DNA of 64,000 nucleotides. It comes from Trypanosoma brucei (Eukaryota). Both the position numbers and the translations under genes were made by a program. Positions 35,409-48,525 of this stretch are shown here, piece by piece; the stretch's first letter is position 1, and the number at the start of each line of letters is the position of its first letter. The notes below the pieces were generated by a model, which was not told where the DNA came from, did not search any database, and saw nothing but the letters and a program-made list of their open reading frames with translations. The stretch spans positions 32,001-96,000 of the forward strand of contig CP000067.1 in the NCBI GenBank assembly GCA_000002445.1. The letters run 5' to 3'.

Positions 35409-38400
35409 TTGTGGGTTTGCGTTATTTCCTTGTGGAGCTGCGTGGCTATTGGCTCTTGATACAACTATTTTAACAACCGTTATTAACTTAACTATCTTTT
35501 CTTAACTTTACTTTTTTAACTGAAATTATAAATAGCTGAAGTAAAGCAGCCGATGAGGAAACAAAAGTGTGTGAATTGTGTAACATAATATCAAAAGTAA
35601 TATAGCAAGATAATATTTATTTACCGCTGTTTGCATAATATGATATCATAATGTATTTGATATTAAGGAAAACAATTTCAAAATATAGTAGCTGTTAATA
35701 AATATTTCCCTTACTTCATTATCATGTGCCAAATATAATTAATTTCATGTATCATTTCTTTTTAAACAACGAATAATATGGAAACAAAAAATATTACTGC
35801 CTCATACACCTGAATAAACACTTTGTATAGAGTTGACAGTTATGAAAGGTCAAATTCTATTAATTAAAATCATTTTTTAAAAATAAACAATAAGCAGAAA
35901 TATATATGGATATTAATGAAAGGGGAAAAGAATATCGGCACGAGGTATGGATATACACACATTAGTACAGACACATGAATACACAACTGTTTTCCTGCTA
36001 TTTCCTCCTTTCTGCCAATACGGGGCATTCAGTTGTATTGAAGGAACTCGTTGAAATATAAATCATTTTTCTAACCCATATACTTACCACCGGAATAACG
36101 TATTGAATAATCTCTGTAGAATATTTATGGAATTGATTATTCTTTTTTCCCCTTTTATAACGTGGAATGCTGATGCAGCTCTTGGTAGTGTTTCACCAGC
36201 AGTCTTCATTGAGATTCCATGCGGTGTCGTAGCATTGTGAGGAGAGTTCTGGGCAGAGGAGACCCGGGTTCCTCAATGTTGGATTCAGTGTGGGGCCGAC
36301 ATTGGCTCACGATAGGACTCATGAAGGAGCTTGTGAGAGTTCTCTTTTCATGCGCAATCCGAAAGAGTAGAGGACAATGAATTTATGTCTCCGGTAAAAG
36401 AGAGGTTCATCACGTTGTTCACTATATTTGCTTCCGCCTCGTTCATTTAGTGGTTGTTGTGACCCTTTTTTCTGGGGTGGGGGATTTCTGTCCCTCTTTT
36501 CCTCAATGCTACCGCTTTGTCTCGAGTTTTGTGTGTCTGCTTTTGTGCCTTGGTGAAACTCAAAAGAAACGCTAGCGAAAGGCTCACAGAAGGTAATAAA
36601 TATATTTGTAGAAATAATCCAATAATGGACCTCTTTTGAGGAATGGTGAGTGAGAAAAATGGTGCAAAAAAACATTGAAAATTTATGCCACATGGACAAG
36701 TGCTTTATAATGTTCCCACTGTGTGGAAATATGGAATATATAAGGAACATATGAGAGGCAGTGAATATTTATAGAACAAACGGAATATATGGAGAACAAG
36801 AAACGTAGGGAATATATCAAATGTATGGTATATATGGAATGTATGAGAGGCAAAAAGTATGGAAAAACTTTGTTAATTGAATATACATTCATGTATTCTC
36901 AGGTGCTGGATGTGTTTGTGCGTGTATTTGTATGTATGTGTTCTCTGCTTTATATATCACTAAATATTTTACACATTTCATTTTACTTTGCGTATGCTAA
37001 TAGCTTGTTTTTCCTTGCATCAATTCATGGAAATATCTATTAGAGAAATAATAATTTACTTTTTCTCTTTCTTTCCCGCTAATGTTTCACCGCCTATTTT
37101 CATTCCTTATAAATACTGTAAATTTCTTTTGTTACTGTAACTATTTCCAAAAAAAATGTAAGGGAGACACTTTAAGGATTACATATCATAATATCTCTAA
37201 ACTCCTTCTATGTTATGTTAAGTTACTAATATTTTCATTCCCATTAATTTTATTCAGCAGAACATACAAAACACCCTCAAAAGTCCTTCCTTCCTTTCTT
37301 TATTTTTTTTTTGAAATCATAATATATCTTGTGGAATATACAAATATATAATAACCATAAATGTGTTATATATCATCAAAACATCAGCAGCTTCACGACA
37401 TAATTGTGTCCTTCAATAAGCAGTGGCTGTGTTTTCTTTTATTTTATCTCAGAGTCAAACTAATTAATTAATTACTAACAGCATCCTCCAAAAATGTTTC
37501 TTCTATTTTCTTGGATCACTCAGCAGCGTAACACCGGAGTATTGAAATAAAGAGTCACAGTTCAAAGAATATAAAACAGTAAAAAAATAAACAGAGGCTC
37601 GCACCTTCACAATTGGTTGCATTTGGATATATCAAACATATTTTTTCGCCTCCTTGTGTTTTTTTGGACGTGGGAGGGGTAAATGCAAAATGCAAAATGT
37701 ATCAAGTTGACGAGTAGCAGAAATACACCACATGATATAATTTCACTTACATGCAAGCTTTCTTTTACAACTTTATTCCAATTCATAATATTTAGATAGC
37801 AATGTAATGGAGCATTCAGCCATAAACATTTTAACCATAAATATAGTAACTAATGTGTGAATGGTAACCCATGGTGATACATTCCATATGGAACAATACC
37901 ACATTGTTAAATATACGCATGGAATTAAAACTATAGCACTAAATTGAAAATGAAAAATTAGAAGAGAGAAAGTTATGAATTATCAAAAGAGGCATATTCT
38001 TCACTAACATGCATTTGTTTCAATACAATCATAATTTGAAATTACTTTAAATGATAAGTGGCCCAATGTCCTGAAATGACACAATAACAATGATTTCATT
38101 ATAGCACCTGTAAAATAATGATATGCAATAAAGTAAATAATATAAATAAATAAAAATACAGCAAGCACTGCAGAATATATTTTACTGCTATAACCATTTG
38201 CCAACAGATGAATAGCTTTGCTCATTGGAAGAAAATAATTAAATTCAAACTTCCTATGACTATGCCAGTGTTAATGAGCTACGTGTGGGACTCAAAAAAA
38301 AAACAAAAAGTTTATTTTAAATAAACATGAAGAAAAGAAAAACTTCTCATGAAACCATAAGGGTATCCGTGTGAGTTATGTGCTGCTGTCAAACATAGTT

Positions 38401-39145
38401 AACTTCACAACCCTTAAGAAAGAGAGAAATAATAAAAGTAAAATGTAAACAAAAATAAAGGTAAGATATATAATACACTTATGCTTAACTAAATGTAACA
38501 TGTCATACGTAAAGGTGATAAAATAATAATCACAATGTAATGTTATCAATGCTTTCCTTCGCAAACGAAAACTGTCACATCTCAATGTGTTCTTTCAAAT
38601 TAATATAAAGGAACCAGCTGTGTTTGTATAATATTCTACAATGTCATTTGGTGTTGTCCAATGCTCACTCAAAAAACTCCTTCGTTTTGTTGCGATGTAG
38701 CTGTTGACAGTGTTGTGCTCTTTTTCTTTTTTATTTTTTAACATACAACTATGGGTTTCCGTAATCCTCTCAATATTGTTGCAGTTCCCATCATTAAAAA
38801 AAAAACAAAAGAAATCCATCAAAATAGCGTAACTGGAGTATAAGATGTTGTAGAGCACAATGTATTTATTTTGAGTAATGGAACTCTGTGAGGTCGAAGA
38901 CAATAATCCTAAACGATTGAACCGAAACTTTCATTGCCCCATGCCTGTAAAATAATAATTTAATTGCTCAACGCATATTCTCATCCTGCAGTAAGTAGTT
39001 CAAACAATTTCGTACACACATGAAACACTGGAAGGAAAAGAAAACATATACATTGCATAAACCTTTACTAAATGAAAATACTATTTTTGGTATCGAGTTC
39101 ACCAAGTGTTGCAGAGCCACATTTCACTAACATGCTAAAGCATAA

Positions 39146-40843
39146 TTAATTCATCATCATATTTCTGATCATCAGTGATAGGGCTTGACATTTGTATGAT
39201 TCGACTCCTCCAACATTTCCTTTTACTCTTACAATCTTCACCAACTTGTTCATAACTTCATCGTTCCGCCAGTCAGCCGTGTGTTCAATAATATCATTAT
39301 AGCAATATTTATCAGATTTCTTCATAGCTCTCAACGCATCATACACACTTTTCAGATGCCACTCATAACAACCTAAACCAAATATATAACGAGGCAGCGG
39401 TCCAATTAAATTAATGCGTCCCTCCACTATTTTCCACTCATCTTCAATTTCTCTCTTCAATTCGTATCTTCTTCTGTTGGACACCTTTTCTCCTGTATGT
39501 ATTGACAGCTTTTTCCATGCCATAAATGCCTTCATGTCACGCACATCATCGCAGTTTATAATAATATGGTGGCCTCCCTTATTTGCACTCCACTCATCAA
39601 AATGGGCACTTTTAGGGAAAGTGAGGAAAGTTACACTCCAAACATCAGAGGGAAGTTGAGTGTATAGTTCCTCCATTGCATACCTTGTGTCCATAACAAT
39701 GTGCCCTTTGCTTTCAGATTTCATTTTATTTATGGCAGCAACGGCAGACTCCCAGCGTTTGTATTCATCAACAGTCCCTCTTCCCTCACCCTCTCGGTTG
39801 TATATCAGGAAGGCAGCATCCTCCAAGAAATATGCAACAACATCAAGCATTCCTTCATTGAAGTGAAGCAGTGAATAAAATAAAAATGATCCAAGGCCAC
39901 ATGTTTTACCAATTCCAGACGTGCCAATAATAATATGTATTGGTGGACCCTCAGCTGTTGCTTCCATCCACCATGCTTTCAGACCTCGTTGGATTATATA
40001 CCACACGCGCATAATTTCACGACGGATATATACATGCTTGCAAATTGTCTTGCATCTCTCAGTGTAACCCAATACAAACCTGTTGTATGGCCAACCCTTC
40101 TCCGACGTAAGAACAAAAATCTCCAAACCATTGGATCCTTCCTTTACTCTTGCATCAACATCGGCAGTTTTAGGAGTTATATTCAATTCTGCCTCCGTCC
40201 ATATGCGCTGCGGCCTTCCATCGAATACCTTCATTCCAAGTGGCTCCGCATCATAACCCGACATCACATAACTCCATTTCGCATTGTAAAAAGAATCGTA
40301 AACATCTCGACAACTTTTGACAGAAACACGCGGCAGAAACCATACTTCTGATTCCGTGACAGCATGTTGTACTGCATTCAACCTTCCCCTTGCTACGGGG
40401 CTAATGGAGTTTTTCACCTCTGGAGTTGCACCGTTCACCCAATCGCTGATGGTAAAAATTTTTTCCTCTTTAAGGTAGTTTATCCACATTTCTGTTTCAG
40501 GCAGTTTCTCAACAATCCTTTTGTACTCCCTGAACTCATAAAGCCCCTGTATATCCTCAAGAATCTCGGCATCCTTAATATAATCTTCAGGATTCTTAAC
40601 AAACGTTTCCATTGACACATTCACTGTGTTATACGTGTTTGAGAAGCATTGATTCAAAAAGTCATGCAGATTCATTTTGGGCAATGTCGCATATTCTTCC
40701 AGCAAAAAATCCCTCACTGTACTGTTCATTTTCCAATCAGAAAATCTTTTATATCTCTGCGGCATCTGTGGAGGCTGAGCAGGAGGAGGTGCTACATGTT
40801 CATCCCGTGGCCTCCTCATGGGCCCTTCAATGTTATTTGGCAC
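39146..40843 (-). CDS. RHS: RHS-like protein, array copy 4 (C-terminal domain absent, GTA at the canonical start position).
   Basis: Near-identical to copies 2 and 3. Confidence 0.65.
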   Translation of the reverse strand: MPNNIEGPMRRPRDEHVAPPPAQPPQMPQRYKRFSDWKMNSTVRDFLLEEYATLPKMNLHDFLNQCFSNTYNTVNVSMETFVKNPEDYIKDAEILEDIQGLYEFREYKRIVEKLPETEMWINYLKEEKIFTISDWVNGATPEVKNSISPVARGRLNAVQHAVTESEVWFLPRVSVKSCRDVYDSFYNAKWSYVMSGYDAEPLGMKVFDGRPQRIWTEAELNITPKTADVDARVKEGSNGLEIFVLTSEKGWPYNRFVLGYTERCKTICKHVYIRREIMRVWYIIQRGLKAWWMEATAEGPPIHIIIGTSGIGKTCGLGSFLFYSLLHFNEGMLDVVAYFLEDAAFLIYNREGEGRGTVDEYKRWESAVAAINKMKSESKGHIVMDTRYAMEELYTQLPSDVWSVTFLTFPKSAHFDEWSANKGGHHIIINCDDVRDMKAFMAWKKLSIHTGEKVSNRRRYELKREIEDEWKIVEGRINLIGPLPRYIFGLGCYEWHLKSVYDALRAMKKSDKYCYNDIIEHTADWRNDEVMNKLVKIVRVKGNVGGVESYKCQALSLMIRNMMMN

Positions 40844-43800
40844 TTGTGGGTTTGCGTTATTTCCTTGTGGAGCTGCGTGGCTATTGGCTCTTGATACAAC
40901 TATTTTAACAACCGTTATTAACTTAACTATCTTTTCTTAACTTTACTTTTTTAACTGAAATTATAAATAGCTGAAGTAAAGCAGCCGATGAGGAAAACAA
41001 AAGTGTGTGAATTGTGTAACATAATATCAAAAGTAATATAGCAAGATAATATTTATTTACCGCTGTTTGCATAATATGATATCATAATGTATTTGATATT
41101 AAGGAAAACAATTTCAAAATATAGTAGCTGTTAATAAATATTTCCCTTACTTCATTATCATGTGCCAAATATAATTAATTTCATGTATCATTTCTTTTTA
41201 AACAACGAATAATATGGAAACAAAAAATATTACTGCCTCATACACCTGAATAAACACTTTGTATAGAGTTGACAGTTATGAAAGGTCAAATTCTATTAAT
41301 TAAAATCATTTTTTAAAAATAAACAATAAGCAGAAATATATATGGATATTAATGAAAGGGGAAAAGAATATCGGCACGAGGTATGGATATACACACATTA
41401 GTACAGACACATGAATACACAACTGTTTTCCTGCTATTTCCTCCTTTCTGCCAATACGGGGCATTCAGTTGTATTGAAGGAACTCGTTGAAATATAAATC
41501 ATTTTTCTAACCCATATACTTACCACCGGAATAACGTATTGAATAATCTCTGTAGAATATTTATGGAATTGATTATTCTTTTTTCCCCTTTTATAACGTG
41601 GAATGCTGATGCAGCTCTTGGTAGTGTTTCACCAGCAGTCTTCATTGAGATTCCATGCGGTGTCGTAGCATTGTGAGGAGAGTTCTGGGCAGAGGAGACC
41701 CGGGTTCCTCAATGTTGGATTCAGTGTGGGGCCGACATTGGCTCACGATAGGACTCATGAAGGAGCTTGTGAGAGTTCTCTTTTCATGCGCAATCCGAAA
41801 GAGTAGAGGACAATGAATTTATGTCTCCGGTAAAAGAGAGGTTCATCACGTTGCTCACTATATTTGCTTCCGCCTCGCTCATTTAGTGGTTGTTGTGACC
41901 CTTTTTTCTGGGGTGGGGGATTTCTGTCCCTCTTTTCCTCAATGCTACCGCTTTGTCTCGAGTTTTGTGTGTCTGCTTTTGTGCCTTGGTGAAACTCAAA
42001 AGAAACGCTAGCGAAAGGCTCACAGAAGTTAATAAATATATTTGTAGAAATAATCCAATAATGGACCTCTTTTGAGGAATGGTGAGTGAAAAAAATGGTG
42101 CAAAAAAACATTGAAAATTTATGCCACATGGACAAGTGCTTTATAATGTTCCCACTGTGTGGAAATATGGAATATATAAGGAACATATGAGAGGCAGTGA
42201 ATATTTATAGAACAAACGGAATATATGGAGAACAAGAAACGTAGGGAATATATCAAATGTATGGTATATATGGAATGTATGAGAGGCAAAAAGTATGGAA
42301 AAACTTTGTTAATTGAATATACATTCATGTATTCTCAGGTGCTGGATGTGTTTGTGCGTGTATTTATATGTATGTGTTCTCTGCTTTATATATCACTAAA
42401 TATTTTACACATTTCATTTTACTTTGCGTATGCTAATAGCTTGTTTTTCCTTGCATCAATTCATGGAAATATCTATTAGAGAAATAATAATTTACTTTTT
42501 CTCTTCCTTTCCCGCTAATGTTTCACCGCCTATTTTCATTCCTTATAAATACTGTAAATTTCTTTTGTTACTGTAACTATTTCCAAAAAAAATGTAAGGG
42601 AGACACTTTAAGGATTACATATCATAATATCTCTAAACTCCTTCTATGTTATGTTAAGTTACTAATATTTTTATTTCCCATTCATTTTATTCAGCAGAAC
42701 ATACAAAACACCCTCAAAAGTCCTTCCTTCCTTTCTTTATTTTTTTTTGAAATCATAATATATCTTGTGGAATATACAAATATATAATAACCATAAATGT
42801 GTTATATATCATCAAAACATCAGAAGCTTCACGACATAATTGTGTCCTTCAATAAGCAGTGGCTGTGTTTTCTTTTATTTTATCTCAGAGTCAAACTAAT
42901 TAATTAATTACTAACAGCATCCTCCAAAGATGTTTCTTCTATTTTCTTGGATCACTCAGCAGCGTAACACCGGAGTATTGAAATAAAGAGTCACAGTTCA
43001 AAGAAAATAAAACAGTAAAAAAAATAAACAGAGGCTCGCACCTTCACAATTGGTTGCATTTGGATATATCAAACGCATTTATACACTTGCATTCCTTGTG
43101 TTTCTTTTTTGGGGGGGAGGGTAAATGCAAAATGTATCAAGTTGACGAGTAGAAGAAATACACCACATGATATAATTTCACTTACATACAAGCTTTCTTT
43201 TCCCACTTTATTCTAATTCATAATATTTAGATAGCAATGTAATGGAGCATTCAGCCATAAACATTTTAACCATAAATATAGTAACTAATGTGTGAATGGT
43301 AACCCATTGCGATACATTCCATATGGAACAATACCACATTGTTAAATATACGCATGGAATTAAAACTATAGCACTAAATTGAAAATGAAAAATTAGAAGA
43401 GAGAAAGTTATGAATTATCAAGAGAGGCATATTCTTCACTAACATGCACTTGTTTCAATACAATCATAATTTAAAATTAAGTTAAATGATAAGTGGCCCA
43501 ATATCCTGAAACGACACAATAACAATGATTTCATTATAACAACTGTAAAATAATGATATGAAATAAAATAAATAATAAAAATAAATAAAAATACAGCAAG
43601 CACTGCAGAATATATTCTACTGCTATAACCATTTGCCAACAGATGAATAGCTTTGCTCATTGGAAGAAAATAATTAAATTCAAACTTCCTATGATTCTGC
43701 CAGTGTTTGTCGGCTACATGTGGGACTCAAAAAAAACAAAAGTTTATTTTAAATAAACATGAAGAAAAGAAAAACTTCGCATGAAACCATAAGGGTATCC

Positions 43801-44575
43801 GTGTGAGTTATGTGCTGCTGTCAAACATAGTTAACTTCACAACCCTCAAGAAAGAGAGAAATAATAAAAGTAAAATGTAAACAAAAATAAAGTTAAGATA
43901 TATAATACACTTATGCTTAACTAAATGTAACATGTCATACGTAAAGGTGATAAAATAATAATCACAATGTAATGTTATCAATGCTTTCCTTCACAAACGA
44001 AAACTGTCACATCTCAATGTGTTCTTTCAAATTAATATAAAGGAACCAGCTGTGTTTGTATAATATTCTACAATGTCATTTGGTGTTGTCCAATGCTCAC
44101 TCAAAAAACTCCTTCGTTTTGTTGCGATGTAGCTGTTGTCAGTTGTGCTCTTTTTTTATTTTATTTTTTAACATACAACTATGGGTTTCCGTAATCCTCT
44201 CAATATTGCTGCAGTTCCCATCATTAAAAAAAAACAAAAGAAATCCATCAAAATAGCGTAACTGGAGTATAAGATGTTGTAGAGCACAATGTATTTATTT
44301 TGAGTAATGGAACTCTGTGAGGTCGAAGACAATAATCCTAAACGATTGAACCGAAACTTTCATTGCCCCATGCCTGTAAAATAATAATTTAATTGCTCAA
44401 CGCATATTCTCATCCTGCAGTAAGTAGTTCAAACAATTTCGTACACACATGAAACACTCGAAGGAAAAGAAAACATATACATTGCATAAACCTTTACTAA
44501 ATGAAAATACTATTTTTTGGTATCGAGTTCACCATGTGTTACAGAGCCACATTTCACTAACATGCTAAAGCATAA

Positions 44576-46294
44576 TTAATTCATCATCATATTTCTGATC
44601 ATCAGCGATAGGGCTTGACATTTGTATGATTCGACTCCTCCAACATTTCCTTTTACTCTTACAATCTTCACCAACTTGTTCATAACTTCATCGTTCCGCC
44701 AGTCAGCCGTGTGTTCAATAATATCATTATAGCAATATTTATCAGATTTCTTCATAGCTCTCAACGCATCATACACTCTTTTCAGATGCCACTCATAACA
44801 ACCTAAACCAAATATATAACGAGGCAGCGGTCCAATTAAATTAATGCGTCCCTCCACTATTTTCCACTCATCTTCAATTTCTCTCTTCAATTCGTATCTT
44901 CTTCTGTTGGACACCTTTTCTCCTGTATGTATTGACAGCTTTTTCCATGCCATAAATGCCTTCATGTCACGCACATCATCGCAGTTCATAATAATTTGGT
45001 GGCCTCCCTTATTTGCACTCCACTCATCAAAATGGGCACTTTTAGGGAAAGTGAGGAAAGTTACACTCCAAACATCAGAGGGAAGTTGAGTGTATAGTTT
45101 CTCCATTGCATACCTTGTGTCCATAATAATGTGTCCTCTGTTTTCAAATTTCATTTTATTTATGGCAGCAACGGCAGACTCCCAGCGTTCGTATTCATCA
45201 ACAGTCCCTCTTTCCTCACCCTCTCGGTTGTATATCAGGAAGGCAGCATCCTCCAAGAAATATGCAACAACATCAAGCATTCCTTCATTGAAGTGAAGCA
45301 GTGAATAAAATAAAAATGATCCAAGGCCACATGTTTTACCAATTCCAGACGTGCCAATAATAATATGTATTGGTGGACCCTCAGCTGTTGCTTCCATCCA
45401 CCATGCTTTCAGACCTCGTTGGATTATATACCACACGCGCATAATTTCACGACGGATATATACATGCTTGCAAATTGTCTTGCATCTCTCAGTGTAACCC
45501 AATACAAACCTGTTGTATGGCCAACCCTTCTCCGACGTAAGAACAAAAATCTCCAAACCATTGGATCCTTCCTTTACTCTTGCATCAAAATCGGCAGTTT
45601 TAGGAGTTATATTCAATTCTGCCTCCGTCCATATGCGCTGCGGCCTTCCATCGAATACCTTCATTCCAAGTGGCTCCGCATCATAACCCGACATCACATA
45701 ACTCCATTTCGCATTGTAAAAAGAATCGTAAACATCTCGACAACTTTTGACAGAAACACGCGGCAGAAACCATACTTCTGATTCCGTGACAGCATGTTGT
45801 ACTGCATTCAACCTTCCCCTTGCTACGGGGCTAATGGAGTTTTTCACTTCTGGAGTTGCACCGTTCACCCAATCGCTGATGGTAAAAATTTTTTCCTCAG
45901 AGAGATAAATATCTGCCCTCAGTAATTGAAACTCATCCGTATCCTGTATATCCTCAAGAATCTCGGCATCCTTAATATAATCTTCAGGATTCTTAACAAA
46001 CGTTTCCATTGACACATTCACTGTGTTATACGTGTTTGAGAAGCATTGATTCAAAAAGTCATGCAGATTCATTTTGGGCAATGTCGCATATTCTTCCAGC
46101 AAAAAATCCCTCACTGTACTGTTCATTTTCCAATCAGAAAATCTTTTATATCTCTGCGGCATCTGTGGAGGCTGAGCAGGAGGAGGTGCTACATTTTCAT
46201 CCCGTGGCCTCCTCATGGGCCCTTCAATGTTATTTGGCACTTGTGGGTTTGCGTTATTTCCTTGTGGAGCTGCGGGGCTATTGGCTCTTGACAT
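44576..46294 (-). CDS. RHS: RHS-like protein, array copy 5, 572 aa. It is the first copy in transcription order. It keeps a true ATG, has an 18-aa N-terminal extension relative to the other copies, and carries a short mosaic segment.
   Basis: ATG at 46292-46294 (MSRANSPAAPQGNNANPQVPNNIEG...). The internal segment DTDEFQLLRADIYLSEE replaces GLYEFREYKRIVEKLPETEMWINYLKEE found in the other copies. Confidence 0.7.
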   Translation of the reverse strand: MSRANSPAAPQGNNANPQVPNNIEGPMRRPRDENVAPPPAQPPQMPQRYKRFSDWKMNSTVRDFLLEEYATLPKMNLHDFLNQCFSNTYNTVNVSMETFVKNPEDYIKDAEILEDIQDTDEFQLLRADIYLSEEKIFTISDWVNGATPEVKNSISPVARGRLNAVQHAVTESEVWFLPRVSVKSCRDVYDSFYNAKWSYVMSGYDAEPLGMKVFDGRPQRIWTEAELNITPKTADFDARVKEGSNGLEIFVLTSEKGWPYNRFVLGYTERCKTICKHVYIRREIMRVWYIIQRGLKAWWMEATAEGPPIHIIIGTSGIGKTCGLGSFLFYSLLHFNEGMLDVVAYFLEDAAFLIYNREGEERGTVDEYERWESAVAAINKMKFENRGHIIMDTRYAMEKLYTQLPSDVWSVTFLTFPKSAHFDEWSANKGGHQIIMNCDDVRDMKAFMAWKKLSIHTGEKVSNRRRYELKREIEDEWKIVEGRINLIGPLPRYIFGLGCYEWHLKRVYDALRAMKKSDKYCYNDIIEHTADWRNDEVMNKLVKIVRVKGNVGGVESYKCQALSLMIRNMMMN

Positions 46295-48501
46295 GTCTCT
46301 TATTATAACAATAATAATAATTATTATTAACTTAACTTAACTTCTATTACTTTCCTGATAATAAAAATAACTAACTAACGTAATGCATATTGTTGCGGTG
46401 GTTGATAAAGAATAGGAGGAGGTGGTAAAATAGAAAAGTAAAAGGGGATGAATAGCACTCACGTACGCAACACCGGTTATGTTGTGTCTCCCTCTTCGTC
46501 CTCTCAATTCAAGTTAGCAAAACAGAAACACGCACAAACACACACACATATATATATGTGAAACCTTACATTCAAATATAAGAAATTATAATATGGAATG
46601 TTATGCATCATTAGTTGTCACTACTTATTGCATAAAATAATAGAAAAATTAATTGCATCACGTGTATGTTTCTTTAGTGCCTCCTCTAAGAGGGAAAACT
46701 AAAGTGGTAACATTTGTCTGTTTAGTTTGTGTAAACTTCATATAAACTAACATACGGAAATAAAAAAATTAATAATAGACAGCTAATTAAGAAACGCGTC
46801 ATCGCATCACATTCCTTTAATAACTAACGAGAGAAAAAAAAATAGTAGGGTTTTCACAATAATGGATGTTAAAAGATTATGTGTAACAAAATTAAATGAT
46901 ACCCTATTTACTTTTTCGATAATATTCACTGGTAATATAAATCATACAATTTCAAGCACTGAAGGCAAAAGGTCCACAGGCTACATATTCATCATGTCAC
47001 ATGTGTCCGTATACCCTGTTAAACAACTTTCGTTCACTCACTCAATCATAGTCAATGCTTCATAAACAAAGTACGTCTTTTATTATGATCTGAAGGGAAA
47101 CTTATTATTATTATTTTTATTAAATTGTCTCGTTCACAATTCATATCCATTTCCCTCCATTCCACAACTTATACATGGACGTTTTTGAGAATGCTACCTG
47201 GAGTGCAGTGTGCAATTTATTAACAGTGAAAACAAAAAAAAAACATTTAGAAACTAGCGGTTCTCACTGCGGAAGAGCAACTGCAACAACAACAAAACAT
47301 CTTCCGCCTTTGGGTTTTGACAAATCAAAAGTGTATATTAGGACTGAATTAATAAAATACCTCATATTCCCTTTGTATGTTCTCATTTGGTTGTCATTTA
47401 AACTACGGGTTCCGTTGTAGCATATACATCGCTGAATTTTAAAATATATATATTTCGCTTCAACAAATAGTAACAACTATCGTGCTGGAAGGGACAATAA
47501 GTTAATGTATTTTTTTTTTGTTTTCCACATTCGTGGTACAGTGTTTGACCTCATCTCCTCTCTTCCTCGTGGAGCTGAGTTCACCAGATGCCGTGGCATT
47601 CACAATATTTTGTACGCACGAACTTTACCTGAAAATAATAAAGGAATGAAAATGATAATTCGCCGCTTCAAGATAATGCGAGTGCAGACACGACAAAAAC
47701 TACCGCTGCGCCTCAAAAAGGCACATCACGGCGTGGAGCCTTTAATGCAGTTTCTGTCAAATTTATCGTTAACGTTATTTCTTTCTTTCCATGGGGGTGG
47801 CGTGGCGATGCCGGATGTCGCTATCGTATGCATCATGGGGCAGCAGCTGCTGAGGGAGATAGAGAGGAAAAAAACGTATTTTTTTTTGTTCATTGCATTG
47901 AGCTTTACTGCCATTCGCTGACGATCCATTTCGATCATTCCAAATCGTGTGTTGCAGTAAATCTTAAGCGATTATAATAATATCGCATCCACGGTATGTT
48001 TTACACTGAAAAGAATAAACCACACCTGCGCTTAACATGCTCGCGGCTCCCTCCCCTCCATCATCCATGTTTACTACATTGTATTTCAACTGCAAACTAA
48101 TTGCCTAACTACTGAAGTGTTTGAGCAATGCGCCACCACACAAAAACAGAAAAGTGCTATGGAGGCGCTTGCATTTTAGTTGGACACAAATTGTCTCACT
48201 TTCAAATTCTGCAAGCGCACACACACGCAGATACACATAAAACATACGTATTCTTTCCAACACTTTTTGGAGGCACCTAAAGAAAAGTTATGATACAAAG
48301 GAATTACCGGGTCACATGAAAGAGTGCATAAATTGAAGTGCAAACAATGTTTCAACAGTAGAAATCGATACTTTTTTTTTTGCTGCTATCGTTAAAGGTG
48401 AAGTCGAACAAGATAACGACACGCAACCCATCGTGATACTGCGGCCCTTTGTTATTATTTATTATGTACCGGTGTCCTTACGTTGACAAGAGAAAGCGTT
48501 T

Positions 48502-48525
48502 CCCCCCCCTTTTTTTTGGGGGGGG
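48502..48525. repeat. C8-T8-G8 homopolymer triad (a perfect 8 bp G:C stem with an 8-nt loop) in the 3' flank of the HECT gene.
   Basis: Plus strand reads cccccccc tttttttt gggggggg, about 355 nt downstream of the HECT stop codon on the transcribed strand. Confidence 0.9.

Larger units (their letters stand above)
20346..46360. repeat. Tandem array of ~4.8 units with a ~5.43 kb period. Each unit holds one RHS-like gene plus a ~3.7 kb AT-rich spacer.
   Basis: Gene copies lie at 5430-5435 bp spacing (stops at 22845, 28277, 33711, 39146, 44576). Spacer ORF artefacts recur at the same spacing. The left boundary falls inside a spacer at ~20346, and the right boundary is just upstream of copy 5 at ~46360. 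Confidence 0.9.
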
